Shown: in pieces, positions 1-10,812 of the stretch
How the letters are laid out: every line of letters begins with the position of its first letter
Numbering within the stretch: the stretch's first letter is position 1
Translations under genes and position numbers: made by a program
Assembly: GCA_963833985.1 (NCBI GenBank)
Contig: CAWIAD010000001.1
Location: 2,368,001 to 2,432,000, forward strand
Reading direction: 5' to 3'
Source of the DNA: an uncultured Planctomycetaceae bacterium
GTDB lineage: Bacteria > Planctomycetota > Planctomycetia > Isosphaerales > Isosphaeraceae
Length of the DNA: 64,000 nucleotides
Notes under the pieces: model-generated
What the model was told of the DNA's origin: nothing
Seen by the model: the letters and a program-made list of their open reading frames with translations, nothing else
Database searches by the model: none

Positions 1-1229
1 CCTTCGTCCCACAAGCAGCCTACATCGAGGAGCTTCGCCGCGACCCGAGAGGCGGGCTCGTTACCGAGTCGCATGACGTTCCTGACAGAGGGTCAGACCT
101 GGACTACGGCGATGTGATGAGTGCGATCGAGGGAGTCGTGCGGGATCAGCTCGGCCTGCCGCGCACGCCGAAGCCCGAACTTCCGGCCCCACTCCCAAGG
201 CCCGTGCCGATGGGGCCGCTTACTATCCAGGGAAAAGTGGTTGACCATGAGGGACGGCCCGTTCCGGGTGCGACGGTCGAGTACGACCTGGTCGAGAATA
301 GGTCGGTCAAGACCGGTGCTGACGGTGAATTCGCATTCACGGGCCACAGAGGTGAGGATGGCTATTCGATTCGAATAGAATCGGATGGAATGGCACTTAT
401 GCAGCTGTTTGTCAGCGCCCGATCTGACGGAATGGGACCGCCATCCAATCCTGGCTTTCGTGACTTCGACTCCGATGGGCGTATCACAGAGCCCATACGC
501 GTGGGGCCCGGGGTGCGCGTGACCGGGCGTCTCACGCGCGAGGGAAAGCCGGTTGCGGGTGTGAAAGTCGGCTTTCATTATGAGGCGCTCACAACTTGGA
601 GTCCGGATCTGGAGATGGAAGCCAACACCGACCAGGACGGTTCGTTCGTCTTTCCTCATGTGTTGCCCGGCTTGGAACTCTGGGTCTTCGTCAAGCTTGG
701 CATCTTGAAGGACGAGGGAGCCGTCGTTCCCCGGCACGTTCAAACGGGGGAAGAGGGCACCACGCTCGACTTGGGAACGCTCACCGTTCAGAAGGGGCGC
801 AAGCTGGCAGGACGGCTGGTTTGTTCCAGGGGGCTGGTCTTACCACCGGGGCTCGCGGTTTCGGCGAGCATGATCGTCCCGGGCACGGGAAACCTGATTG
901 CCGATGTGGAGGAGGCGCAGCAGTTCGCGTTCACCGCACTTCCCGATGGTCCGGTGCAGATCCGGTTATTCAGTCGCAGGGAGCTGGGGCGAGTAGGTTG
1001 TCGTCTGTCTGCCAGAAACAGATGCCTCATCCCGACCGAGCCTTCGAGAATCGAAGGCCGGCTCGACCACGACATCACCGACCTGACGATCTTGCTGGAG
1101 CCCGGCGAAACGCTCATTGATGAAATACAATCGGCCCGCGACATCGACCCGACCGTCCTGGCCGACTTCAACGACGCCAGGAAAGGGCCCATCACCGGCG
1201 TGCCCCCGGGCGAGTACCCGCCGAAATGA
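1..1229 (+). CDS. Carboxypeptidase regulatory-like (transthyretin-like beta-sandwich) repeat protein, 5' partial
   Basis: The frame of ORF 114..1229 is open back to the window start. It has repeated motifs 'IQGKVVDHEGRPVPGATV...TGADGEFAF' and 'VTGRLTREGKPVAGVKV...TDQDGSFVF'. Confidence 0.7.
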   Translation, partial: FVPQAAYIEELRRDPRGGLVTESHDVPDRGSDLDYGDVMSAIEGVVRDQLGLPRTPKPELPAPLPRPVPMGPLTIQGKVVDHEGRPVPGATVEYDLVENRSVKTGADGEFAFTGHRGEDGYSIRIESDGMALMQLFVSARSDGMGPPSNPGFRDFDSDGRITEPIRVGPGVRVTGRLTREGKPVAGVKVGFHYEALTTWSPDLEMEANTDQDGSFVFPHVLPGLELWVFVKLGILKDEGAVVPRHVQTGEEGTTLDLGTLTVQKGRKLAGRLVCSRGLVLPPGLAVSASMIVPGTGNLIADVEEAQQFAFTALPDGPVQIRLFSRRELGRVGCRLSARNRCLIPTEPSRIEGRLDHDITDLTILLEPGETLIDEIQSARDIDPTVLADFNDARKGPITGVPPGEYPPK

Positions 1230-1365
1230 TCGCACTCGGCGCACCTCGAACCCGTCCTGCTGCCATTTCTGAAGCGCGGGCCACGCGGTACACTGAAACC
1301 GCTGGCCAGACGTCTGACGATCAGAACGCCAGCGAGAGACCGGGGTCTGTCGGAGTCTGCAAACC

Positions 1366-1764
1366 ATGACCATCGTCCAGCGCATGCGCGCCGAGCTGCC
1401 GCAGGCGATGAAGGCCCGCGATACCGTGAAGACGGGGTTCCTGCGTTACTGGATCGCCCAGCTCACGCTCGCAACCGGGGCCGAGGTGAGCGATACCGAT
1501 GCTGTCAAGAAGATGCGCGGGATCTTGAAAGAAGCGAAGGCCGGCCCGACCACCTTCACGGAAGCCGAGATCGCCCTGCTGCGGGAATGGGTCCCGCCTA
1601 CACTTGGCGCGGACCAGATTGCCGAGGCGCTCGCCCCGGTGCAGGAACAGATCAAGGCCGCGCGCAACGACGGCATGGCCATGGGCATCGCCATGAAGGC
1701 CCTTGCCGGCCAGCCGGTCGACAGCGAGGACGTCAAGGCGGCGATTGCGGTCATCCGGCAGTGA
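1366..1764 (+). CDS. GatB/YqeY domain-containing protein
   Basis: 132 aa. N-terminus 'LPQAMKARD' and C-terminus 'GMAMGIAMKAL...V...VKAAI' fit the YqeY pattern. Confidence 0.65.
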   Translation: MTIVQRMRAELPQAMKARDTVKTGFLRYWIAQLTLATGAEVSDTDAVKKMRGILKEAKAGPTTFTEAEIALLREWVPPTLGADQIAEALAPVQEQIKAARNDGMAMGIAMKALAGQPVDSEDVKAAIAVIRQ

Positions 1765-1865
1765 ACCGAGACGAGCCTCGCATCGGGCCGCTTGACCGCC
1801 GGTTCAATTTTTGTTGAACTGACGACCTGGGTGCAACAATCAGTGTGGTCCGGAGCAAGCACCGC

Positions 1866-4104
1866 ATGACACCAGCGCGATCACGACGCATCCGCAGACG
1901 CATGGTCCCGCTCCTGGCCGCGGTGGTCGGTTCGCTGCTGGTCTGCGCAGGGGTTCGATCGGCCGAGAAGGACGGCACACGGCCTGACCCGGTTCAGGCG
2001 GCATTCTTCGAGGCCAAGGTGAAGCCGATCCTCGAGGCCCGCTGTCTGAAGTGCCATGGCGGCGGGGCGAAAGTCAAAGGCAATTTCCGGATCGACAGCC
2101 GCGCTGCGGTCTTGCGGGGCGGCGACCAGGGGCCGGCGGTGACGCTCGAGAAGCCGGAGGAGAGCCTCTTGCTCCAGGCCATCCGGTACGACGGCCTGGA
2201 AATGCCGCCGACCGGCAAGCTGCCGGGCGCGGAGATCGAGGTCCTCACGCGCTGGGTGAAGGATGGCCTGGCGTGGACCGGGGCGGATCGCCCCGCGGCA
2301 ACCGCCGTGACGGTCGCGGCCGCCGGACCGGCCAGGCCCGCGGCACGCTGGGCGTATGGCCCGGTGGCTCGGCCCGCGGTGCCAAGGGTCAAAGACGCTG
2401 GCTGGGTACGCAATCCGATTGATGCGTTCTTGCTGGCGAAGATCGAGGCGGAACAGCTCCAGCCCGCTCCGCCCGCCGATCGCGTCGCCCTCATTCGCCG
2501 CTTGACCTTCGACCTGACCGGCTTGCCTCCCACGCCGGAGGAGGTGGATGCCTTCGTGGCCGACCCGTCCCGGAACGCCTACGAGCGGCTCGTCGATCGC
2601 CTGCTGGCCGCTCCCCAGTATGGCGAGGCCTGGGCGCGGCACTGGCTGGACCTGGTGCGCTACGCCGAGACCAACGGCTACGAGCGCGATTCGGCCAAGC
2701 CGGAGGCCTGGCGCTATCGCGATTACGTCATCGACGCCTTCAACAGCGACAAGCCCTACGACCAGTTCCTCCGCGAGCAGCTTGCCGGCGATGAGATCGA
2801 CCCGAGCGCGCCCGAGGCGATGATCGCCACCGGCTTCTATCGCCTGGGCCTCTGGGACGACGAGCCGGCCGACCGCGAGCTGGCGCACTATGACGGCCTT
2901 GACGGCATCGTGTCGACGGCGGGGCAGGTGTTCCTGGGCATCTCCATCAATTGCGCGGCGCTGCCACGATCATAAGAAAGACCCCATTCCCCAGGCCGAC
3001 TATTACCGCTTTCTGGCCTTCTTCAAGGACGTGACCGACCAGGATGGCAAGAACACGCGCAAGGCTGGCCCTGCGCCGGGCGTGGACGTGATGTGCGTGC
3101 ACGAGCGCCGCGCGGCCCGGCACATGTACTGCTTCGCGGCAACCCGAGGGTGCTGGGCGCGGAGGCGGAACCGGGCGTTCCGGCCATGCTCGGCAGTTCG
3201 GAGTCGAGCTTTGGCTCCGGACCCGGCAAGCGCCGGGCGCTGGCCGACTGGCTGACGGACAGACGCAACCCGATGACTGCGCGGGTGCTGGCCAACCGGC
3301 TCTGGCAGTTTCACTTCGGCCGCGGACTGGTTCCCTCGCCCAATGACTTCGGCGCGCTGGGTGAGGGCTGCTCGCACCCCGAACTTCTCGACTGGCTGGC
3401 CGCCGAGCTGATGGAAGGCGGCTGGTCCATCAAGCGGATGCACCGGCTGATTCTGCTCTCGAGCACCTACCGGATGTCGTCGCGGGCCAGCGAGGCGGGG
3501 CTGGCGAGAGATCCCGGCAACCGCTGGTTCTGGCATTTCCCGATGCGGAGGTTGGCCGCCGAGGAGGTGCGCGACGCGATGCTCGCCGTGAACGGTACGC
3601 TCAACCTGAAGGCCTCCGGACCGAGCATCTGCCCGCCGATGTCGCGCGAGGCCATGGCCACGCAGTCGATGCCCGGCGCGGGGTGGAAGACCTCACCGCC
3701 GGACGAGGCAGCCCGGCGCAGCGTGTATGTGCATGTGAAGCGGTCGCTGCCGCTGCCGATCCTCTCCGTCCACGATGCGCCCGATACCGACGCAAGCTGC
3801 CCGGTGCGCTGACACGACCACCGTCCCCACCCAGGCGCTGGGACTGCTCAACGGCGACTTCGCCAATGGCCAGGCGGAGCGGCTTGCCGGGCGGCTCAAG
3901 GCCGAGTGCCCGGGCGATCTCAGCGCCCAGATCCGGCGGGCCATCCGCCTGGCGACGGGAGCGGAGCCTGCGGCTGACGAGGTGGCGCGCGACGTCGCCT
4001 GGATTGGCGAGCTGCGCGCGCGAGCGAAGCTTGACGAAGCCACCGCGCTGGTGCAGTACTGCCTGCTGACGTATTCCACCAATGCATTTCTTTATCTGGA
4101 CTGA
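1866..4104 (+). CDS. Planctomycete cytochrome c + DUF1549 (PSD1) + DUF1553 protein, split by three apparent frameshifts (~2957, ~3110, ~3810)
   Basis: Motifs CLKCH, 'NPIDAF', 'LIRRLTFDLTGLPPT', 'WLDLVRYAET', '(CAR)CHDHK', 'ARVLANRLWQFHFGRGLV', 'HPELLDWLA' and 'PTQAL' are spread over ORFs 1845-2975, 2890-3255, 3093-3812 and 3775-4104. Confidence 0.9.
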
Positions 4105-5609
4105 TGGAAGGGCCGGCCATGGATCATGAGCAAGCCTTCTCGGCCCCGCGCCCGCGGGGTAGCCAGTTCTGCGGCCGGACGCGCCGGGAGCTGCTCTGGG
4201 AAGCCGGCGGCGGGTTCGCCTCCGTCGCGCTCACCGCGCTCCTGGGTGGCGACGGGTTCCTGACGCGGCAGGCTGTTGCGGCCGACGGGACCACCCCGTT
4301 CAAAAGCCCCATGGCGCCCAGGCCGCCAGCTCGTGCCGCGCGGGCGAAGAGCGTCATCTTCCTGTTCATGTACGGTGGGCCAAGCCATGTCGACACGTTC
4401 GACTACAAGCCCAAGCTGTACGGCCTTGACGGCAAGACGATCGAGGTGAAGACATTTGGCCGGGCCGGCAAGCGGAACCAGGGGCGCGTGGTCGGGCCAA
4501 AGTACGCGTTCCGCCCGCACGGCCAGTGCGGCAAGCCCATCTCCGACGTTTTTCCGCACCTGGCGACCTGCGTGGACGACATGGCGTTCGTGCACTCGAT
4601 GTACGCCGAGTCGCCCATCCATGGCTCGGCCATGCTGATGATGAACTCAGGCCGCATCCTGAGTGGGAACCCGTGTCTGGGCTCATGGGTGACCTACGGG
4701 CTGGGCAGCGAGAACGCGAACCTGCCGGGTTTCGTGGTCATGCTCGACCGCTCCGGCGGGCCGATCAGCGGGGCGAAGAACTGGTCCAGCGGCTACATGC
4801 CGGCTGCCTACCAGGGAACCGTCCTCCGCGCCGCGGGCGTGCCCATGCACGACCTGGCCGTGCCCGAAGGGACCGACCGCACCACGCGCCGGCTGTTGCT
4901 GGACCGCCTGCGCGAAAAGAACGAGGCGCACCGCGCACCACGGGCGGACAATAGCGAGCTGGCCGCGCGCATCGCCGCGTACGAGCTGGCTTTCAAGATG
5001 CAGCAGTCGGCACCCGAGGCCGTCGATTTCTCGCAGGAGCCGGCCGAGACGCAGGCGCTCTACGGCATTGACCATCCCCAGACAGCCGACTTCGGCCGCA
5101 AGTGCCTGCTCGCCCGGCGTCTGGTGGAGCGCGGGGTGCGGTTCATCCAGATCTATTCCGGCGGCGCGCACAATGATCAGAACTGGGACGCCCACAGCGA
5201 CCTGGTGGCGAACCACTCCAAGCACGCCGGCCACACCGACAAGCCGATCGCGGGCCTGATCAAGGACCTGAAGCGGCGCGGGCTGCTGGACGAGACGCTC
5301 ATCCTCTGGGGCGGCGAGTTCGGCCGCCAGCCAACGGCCGAGAACGAGCGGGGGACCGGCCGCGACCACAACTCGTACGGCTTCACCGTGTGGCTGGCCG
5401 GCGGCGGCATCAAGGGGGGCACGAGCGTGGGCCAGACCGATGAACTCGGCAGCGCCGCGGTCGAGGACCGGTTTCATGTCAAGAACCTGCACGCGACGAT
5501 GCTGAACCAGCTTGGCCTGGACCCCAACGGCCTGTCCTATTTCTACGGCGGCCTGCACCAGAAGCTCGTCGGCGTTGAAGGCGCAGAGCCGATCCGGCAG
5601 ATTGTTTGA
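4104..5609 (+). CDS. DUF1501 domain-containing protein with Tat-like signal
   Basis: Motifs 'TRRELL', 'AKSVIFLFMYGGPSHVDTFDYKP', 'LLARRLVERGVRFIQ', 'WDAH', 'GEFGRQP' and 'GRDH'. It is coupled to the DUF1553 gene by a TGATG overlap. Confidence 0.92.
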   Translation: MEGPAMDHEQAFSAPRPRGSQFCGRTRRELLWEAGGGFASVALTALLGGDGFLTRQAVAADGTTPFKSPMAPRPPARAARAKSVIFLFMYGGPSHVDTFDYKPKLYGLDGKTIEVKTFGRAGKRNQGRVVGPKYAFRPHGQCGKPISDVFPHLATCVDDMAFVHSMYAESPIHGSAMLMMNSGRILSGNPCLGSWVTYGLGSENANLPGFVVMLDRSGGPISGAKNWSSGYMPAAYQGTVLRAAGVPMHDLAVPEGTDRTTRRLLLDRLREKNEAHRAPRADNSELAARIAAYELAFKMQQSAPEAVDFSQEPAETQALYGIDHPQTADFGRKCLLARRLVERGVRFIQIYSGGAHNDQNWDAHSDLVANHSKHAGHTDKPIAGLIKDLKRRGLLDETLILWGGEFGRQPTAENERGTGRDHNSYGFTVWLAGGGIKGGTSVGQTDELGSAAVEDRFHVKNLHATMLNQLGLDPNGLSYFYGGLHQKLVGVEGAEPIRQIV

Positions 5610-5623
5610 AGTGAGACGTCAGG

Positions 5624-7338
5624 TCACATCCCTGCCCGCTCGCGGCGGACGGTGACTTTTCGTCCCTTGAGCTTGCTCTCGCGCAGGGCGGCGATGACGG
5701 CGTCGGCAAGGTCTTCGGGGACCTCGACGAGCGAGAAGCGGTCGGAGATGTCGATGTCGCCCACCTGGCGGCCGGTGAGTCCGGCCTCGCCGGTGATCGC
5801 GCCCACCAGGTCTTGTGCGCGGATGCCGGCGGCACGGCCGGCGCCGATGTAGAGCCGCGTCATGACGCCTCTCTGGCCCTCGCCGCGCTGCCGCTCTTGC
5901 CGCGGTTTGCGCTCGCCGCGCGAGGTCCACTCACGGCCTCTTTCCCGGCTGCGGGACGCCTGCTCGCGGTGGATCTCCACCTCCGGGATCTCGTCCTCGT
6001 CCTGGTCCTCGTCACCGTTGGCCTGGTGGATCAGCTTCACCGCGGCCATGGCCACGTCCATGAGGTCGAACTCACCGGCCAGCGATTCGACCACCACGCG
6101 ATAGCGCTCCAGGTTCCCCTCGACGATCGCCTCGCGCACCGAGGCGCGTGACAGCTCCAGTCGCCGGGCGCGCAGGTCGGCCACGCTGGGCACCTTGGCG
6201 ATCTCGATCTTCTGACCCGTGACCTGCTCGATCATACGCAACTGGCGGTGCTCGCGCGGTTCGGCCAGGGTGATGGCCACGCCCTCGCGCCGGCGCGTCC
6301 CACCCGGCCAATCCGGTGCACGTACGACTCGGGCTCGGCCGGCACGTCGAAGTTGATCACGTGTGAGAGGTGCTCGATGTCCAGCCCCCGCGCCGCCACG
6401 TCGGTGGCGATCAACAGGTCGGACGCCTCACCGCGAAATTTCTTCATGACCCGGCTGCGCTGATCCTGGCTCATCCCGCCGTGCAGCGTCTCGGCGCGGT
6501 AGCCGCGGGAGTTGAGGTTTTCGGCCAGCTCGTCCACCTCGTTGCGGCGGCGGCAGAAGACGATGGCGGAGGTCGGACTTTCAATGTCGAGCACGCGCCC
6601 CAGCGTGGCCAGCTTGTGGCCGCGGGGCACGATGTACGCCGTCTGCCGCACCAGCGCCACCGTGCCGGCAACGGCCGGCTCGGCCGCGATCCTGATCTGC
6701 GCCGGGGTGGTGAGATGACGCTTGGTGATCGCGGCAATGCGTGGCGGCAGGGTCGCGGAGAAGAGGACGGTCTGGCGCTCTTTGGGCGTCTCGGCCAGAA
6801 TCGCCTCGATGTCCTCGGCGAAGCCCATATCGAGCATCTCGTCAGCCTCATCCAGGACCACGACGGCCACGCCGCCGAGCTTGAGCTTCTGGCTGCGAAT
6901 CAGGTCGAGCGCCCGTCCCGGCGTGGCCACGACCACGTCGGCCCCGCGCTCCAGGGCTCGCAACTGCGGCCCGTAGGCCTGCCCGCCGTAGATCGGCAGC
7001 ACGCTCGCGTTCAGCAGCCGGCCGTAGCGGTGCACCGCCTCCGCCACCTGCATGGCCAGCTCGCGGGTGGGAACCAGCACCATGGTGCGCGGCCGTGATC
7101 CGCGCTGATCGTTCGCGGCCAGCCGGTGCAGCAGGGGCAGCGTGAAGGCGGCCGTCTTACCGGTTCCCGTCGCCGCCTGGCCCACCAGGTCTTTCCCCTC
7201 CAGAAGTACCGGGATCGCCGCGCGCTGGATCGGCGTCGGCTCCTCGTATCCCAGCTCGGCGATCGTCTTCACCAGGCGGTCATCCAGTCCCAGCGACGAG
7301 AAGCCGGGGATCGTTGCTTTCGAGGCCTTTGAAGCCAT
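5624..7338 (-). CDS. deaD: DEAD-box RNA helicase (DeaD/CsdA type with C-terminal DbpA RNA-binding domain), apparent frameshift ~6290
   Basis: Q motif 'PTPIQ', 'ATGTGKT', 'PTRELA', 'DEAD', 'SAT', 'ARGLD' and 'HRIGRVGRAG'. The C-terminal ORF 5624-6280 has 'RLYIGAGRAAGIRAQDLVGAI'. Confidence 0.9.
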
Positions 7339-7394
7339 GCGGTCGTTCCTCTTGAACCAGGGACCGAACTCTCAACTTGTCGTAGCTGCCACCG

Positions 7395-7488
7395 GCGACA
7401 AGATCGGGATCTTGTCCCACGCATTTCGCGACAAGATCGGGATCTTGTCCCACGCAATGCGCGACAAGATCGGAGTCTTGTCCCACGC
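7395..7488. repeat. Three tandem 33-bp units of a palindromic REP-like element (minus strand GTGG-GACAAGATC-CC-GATCTTGTC)
   Basis: GCGACAAGATCGGGATCTTGTCCCACGC starts at 7395, 7428 and 7461; the third copy has a variant centre. Each unit has an internal hairpin and the array is intergenic. Confidence 0.85.
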
Positions 7489-7535
7489 GAGGCGACCGCG
7501 CTGGCAAGGGCGCAGGGCCAGACGGTTACGCCGGC

Positions 7536-8477
7536 TTACACGTCGCACAGCGCCACCGCCTGGCGCAGGCCTTCCATCGGGTCGCGCGTGGGGATGAACT
7601 CCTGGCCGACGTGGCCCTGGTAGCCCAGCTCGAGCAGCGTCTTCATGATCGGCGGGTAGTAGATTTCCTGGGTCTCATCGAGCTCGCCCCGGCCGGGGTT
7701 GCCGGCGGTGTGGACGTGGCCGATGTACTCCTTGTACTGCTTCAGCCGCGTGATGATGTCACCGTCCATGATCTGCACGTGGTAGATGTCGAAGAGCAGC
7801 TTCAGGCTGGGTGAGCCCACGCGCTTGATGATGTCGATGCAGTAATCCGTGTGGTCGCCCTGGTAGCCGGGATGGCCCTTCATCGGGTGCGTGCCCACGC
7901 GGGAGTTGAGCATCTCCAGGCAGAGCGTGACGCCCTTCTTCTCGGCGTGGCCGACAATCTGCTTGAACCCCTTGACGCAGTTGTCGGCACCCACGTCATC
8001 GGGGATGTCTTCCTTGTAGCCGGTGAAGCAGATCACCTTCTTGTAACCATACTCGGCGCAAGCGTCGATCGCCTCGCGGGTGGCCTTCATCACGGGCTCC
8101 CAGTGCCTGGGGTTGTTGAAGCCCTTCAGGAACGGCGGGTCCGCGCCCATGTCGATCTGGCCGATGGCGTTGGTGATCCCCGCCTCCTTGAGCTGCGGGA
8201 AGTACTTCACCGGCAAGAGCTCGATGCTGCCGATGCCCAGCGACTTCGCCGACCTGATGAACTCGCCAATCGGCCAGTACTTCTCGAAGCACCAGTGCAC
8301 GATCGATTGCTGGATGCGGCCGTTCTTGACCGCGGGGCCCTGTTCCGCGGCCACGGCGGCACGCGCGCTTGCGCTCAGCCCGGAGACCCCCAGGATCGCC
8401 GCGCTGGCGGTCCCTTTGAGCAAGCTCCGGCGATCGGTCCCATCGCCACGATCGGCGGATTCGCTGTCCCGGCTCAT
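7536..8477 (-). CDS. Hydroxypyruvate isomerase-like / AP-endonuclease-2 TIM-barrel protein with Tat signal
   Basis: 'DRRSLLK' Tat motif, plus 'LEMLN', 'LLFDIYHVQIMDGD', 'HVHTAGNPGRGE' and 'GQEFIP'. Confidence 0.88.
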   Translation of the reverse strand: MSRDSESADRGDGTDRRSLLKGTASAAILGVSGLSASARAAVAAEQGPAVKNGRIQQSIVHWCFEKYWPIGEFIRSAKSLGIGSIELLPVKYFPQLKEAGITNAIGQIDMGADPPFLKGFNNPRHWEPVMKATREAIDACAEYGYKKVICFTGYKEDIPDDVGADNCVKGFKQIVGHAEKKGVTLCLEMLNSRVGTHPMKGHPGYQGDHTDYCIDIIKRVGSPSLKLLFDIYHVQIMDGDIITRLKQYKEYIGHVHTAGNPGRGELDETQEIYYPPIMKTLLELGYQGHVGQEFIPTRDPMEGLRQAVALCDV

Positions 8478-8707
8478 GACCGACTCCTTCTCGCTGTGGA
8501 AGTATCACGGTGCGACATTCTCCAGATCACCTTACGGCAGCGCCAGGCGGAATGCGAGCGGTCAGTCGCCGCGGGCCGTCCGCCCTCGATGGCGCCTGTC
8601 CGTTGCCCCCACGTCCCGGTTGCCCGCCCGGGGCGAAGTCCCGTATAGTACCGCGTAACGAGGCAGACGAGACCGTCGCGCCTCCATCCTGTACCGCGAG
8701 GCTCATC

Positions 8708-9745
8708 ATGTACTGGTTCCACCGGGCGGCCATCGCCTGGACAATGGCCGCCGTCCTCCTGGTCTCCATCCCCGTGAACGCCGCCGATGCACCCGGGCTG
8801 ATCTTCGATACCGACATCTGCGGCGACTGCGACGACGTGCTCGCCCTGGGAATGATCCACGCCCTTCAGTCGCGCGGGGCCTGCAAGCTGCTGGCGGTGA
8901 CGGTGAGCGTGGACAACGACCTCGCCGCGCCATTCGTGGACGCGGTGAACACGTTCTACGGCCGTGGCGAGATCCCCATCGGCACCGTCGGCAAGGGGGG
9001 CGTGGTGGAGCAGAGCAAGTACCTTGGCCTTGTCCAGCAGCAGGAGCCGGACGGCCGCTTCCGCTACCCGCACTCGCTGCTCTCGGGCAAGGACGCACTG
9101 CCGGCGACCCAGGTGCTTCGCAAGGTGCTCGCCGCACAGCCTGACCAGTCAGTCGTGATCGCGCAGGTCGGCTTCTCCACGAACCTCACCCGATTGCTGG
9201 ATTCCGGACCGGACGAGCATTCGCCGCTCTCGGGAACAGAGCTGGTGAAGCGGAAGGTCAAGCTGCTGTCGCTCATGGCGGGCGCATTCCAGCCCATCGA
9301 CGGCAACGCGCAGTATCGTGAATACAACGTGGTCCGCGACATCCCGAGCTGCCAGAAGCTGGCCGAGCATTGGCCGACTCCGGTGGTCTGGAGCGGCTTC
9401 GAGATCGGCATCGCGCTTCCCTATCCGGCCGTCAGCATCGAGCGCGACTATGGCTATGTGGCCCACCACCCCTTGGCCGACGCCTACATTCACTACATCC
9501 CGCCCCCTCACAACCGCCCGACCTGGGACCTCACCGCCGTGCTCTACGCCGTGCTCGGCGATCGTGGTTATTTTGACGTGCCCGCACGCGGCCGTGTGAC
9601 CATCAAGAACGACGGTTCCTGCCGGTTCGAGGAATCCGCGCAGGACCACCATGCGTACCTGGTACTCCGCCCCGAACAGAAACCGCGAGTGCTGGAGGCG
9701 CTCGTCCAGCTCTCAAGCCAGCCGCCACAGCACACAGGCCCCTGA
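8708..9745 (+). CDS. Nucleoside hydrolase family protein (IUNH-like), secreted
   Basis: Signal peptide followed by 'LIFDTDICGDCDD', 'GFSTNL', 'MAG...EYNV' and 'TWDLTAVL'. Confidence 0.85.
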   Translation: MYWFHRAAIAWTMAAVLLVSIPVNAADAPGLIFDTDICGDCDDVLALGMIHALQSRGACKLLAVTVSVDNDLAAPFVDAVNTFYGRGEIPIGTVGKGGVVEQSKYLGLVQQQEPDGRFRYPHSLLSGKDALPATQVLRKVLAAQPDQSVVIAQVGFSTNLTRLLDSGPDEHSPLSGTELVKRKVKLLSLMAGAFQPIDGNAQYREYNVVRDIPSCQKLAEHWPTPVVWSGFEIGIALPYPAVSIERDYGYVAHHPLADAYIHYIPPPHNRPTWDLTAVLYAVLGDRGYFDVPARGRVTIKNDGSCRFEESAQDHHAYLVLRPEQKPRVLEALVQLSSQPPQHTGP

Positions 9746-9768
9746 CGGCCACGAGAAGACACACGTCC

Positions 9769-10812
9769 ATGACTTTTCATCGGTGCATCCGCAAGTTCTC
9801 CCGGTCTGGCATTGCCGTCCTCCTCGCTGGAGCCATGGGCTGTGGCGGTCCAGCGTCCGCACCGGGGGCGGGCTCTGCCAGGGCATCCGGGAACGCTCAG
9901 GCAACCAGAGCGGCATCGCCGCGCATCGCTCTGGTCATGGACCTGCTGAACCAGGAACCTTCCAGGAGCATGGCGGCCACCGCGCTCAAGCACCAGGCCG
10001 ATCGCGCCTCGGAGTTTGAGCTGAGCGTCGTCGGCAGCGAGGGCCGGCTTGACCCGAAGCGCCAGATTGCGCTGGTGGAGCAGCTCATCGCCCAGGGAGT
10101 GAGCGGAATCGTGATCGCCCCGGCCGACTCAGCGGCCCTGGTCCCGGTGTGCCAGCAGGCGCGGGCGGCAGGGATCGTCGTGGTCAACATCGGCACGAGA
10201 CTTGATGCGCAGGCCCTTGCCGGGCAGGGCCTCGATGTGCCTTTCGTCGGCCCGGACCACCGTGCCGGGGCAAGGATGGTGGGTGACTTCCTGGCGCGCC
10301 AGCTTGAACCGGGGGACAAGGTGGCCCTGCTCGAGGGAAGCCCGAAGACGGCCGCTCTCCAGGAGCGGAAGCTCGGTTTCGAGGAGGCGGCGAAGGAGGC
10401 CAAGCTCACCATCGCCGCGTCGCGGAACGCCGGGGGAGAGACCGAGCCGGCCCGCAAGACTGTTGCGGCCCTGCTTACCGAGCACGCGGACCTGCGGGGC
10501 CTGCTTTGCTGCAACGACCGCATGGCCCTGGGCGCACGGGCCGCCGTCGAGGCCGCCGGGCGTGCGGACGATGTGCTGATCGCCGGCTATGACGGCATCC
10601 CCACGGCCGTCGAGGCCGTCCAGCGCGGCTCGATGACGGCAACTGCCGATCCGCACGCCGACCAGCTTGCCGTCTTCGGCATCGAGTTCGCCCGGTTGCT
10701 CCTCCAGCACGGCGCCGAGCCCTCCGACAAGCGCACGCCCGTGGACCTCGTGGCCAGGGAGAACCCGGAAGACTCACAGATCCCAGGAGGCGGGCCAGCT
10801 AACGCGCCGTAG
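9769..10812 (+). CDS. Sugar (ribose-type) ABC substrate-binding lipoprotein, RbsB-like
   Basis: Lipobox 'AMGC', plus 'GIVIAPADS', 'FVGPD', 'CCNDRMALGA' and 'IAGYDG'. Confidence 0.82.
   Translation: MTFHRCIRKFSRSGIAVLLAGAMGCGGPASAPGAGSARASGNAQATRAASPRIALVMDLLNQEPSRSMAATALKHQADRASEFELSVVGSEGRLDPKRQIALVEQLIAQGVSGIVIAPADSAALVPVCQQARAAGIVVVNIGTRLDAQALAGQGLDVPFVGPDHRAGARMVGDFLARQLEPGDKVALLEGSPKTAALQERKLGFEEAAKEAKLTIAASRNAGGETEPARKTVAALLTEHADLRGLLCCNDRMALGARAAVEAAGRADDVLIAGYDGIPTAVEAVQRGSMTATADPHADQLAVFGIEFARLLLQHGAEPSDKRTPVDLVARENPEDSQIPGGGPANAP

Noticed and set aside
1785..1822. Terminator after the YqeY gene
   Set aside because: The stem is weak and imperfect before the T-run, so it is not supportable.
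3805..3815. In-frame TGA as selenocysteine or stop readthrough in the DUF1553 gene
   Set aside because: The downstream conserved sequence (TTVPTQAL) is in a different frame. A single inserted base next to GCGC explains it.
7395..7488. Possible mini CRISPR array
   Set aside because: The units are separated by only ~5 nt, so there are no spacers, and no cas genes are present. It fits REP-like tandem repeats.
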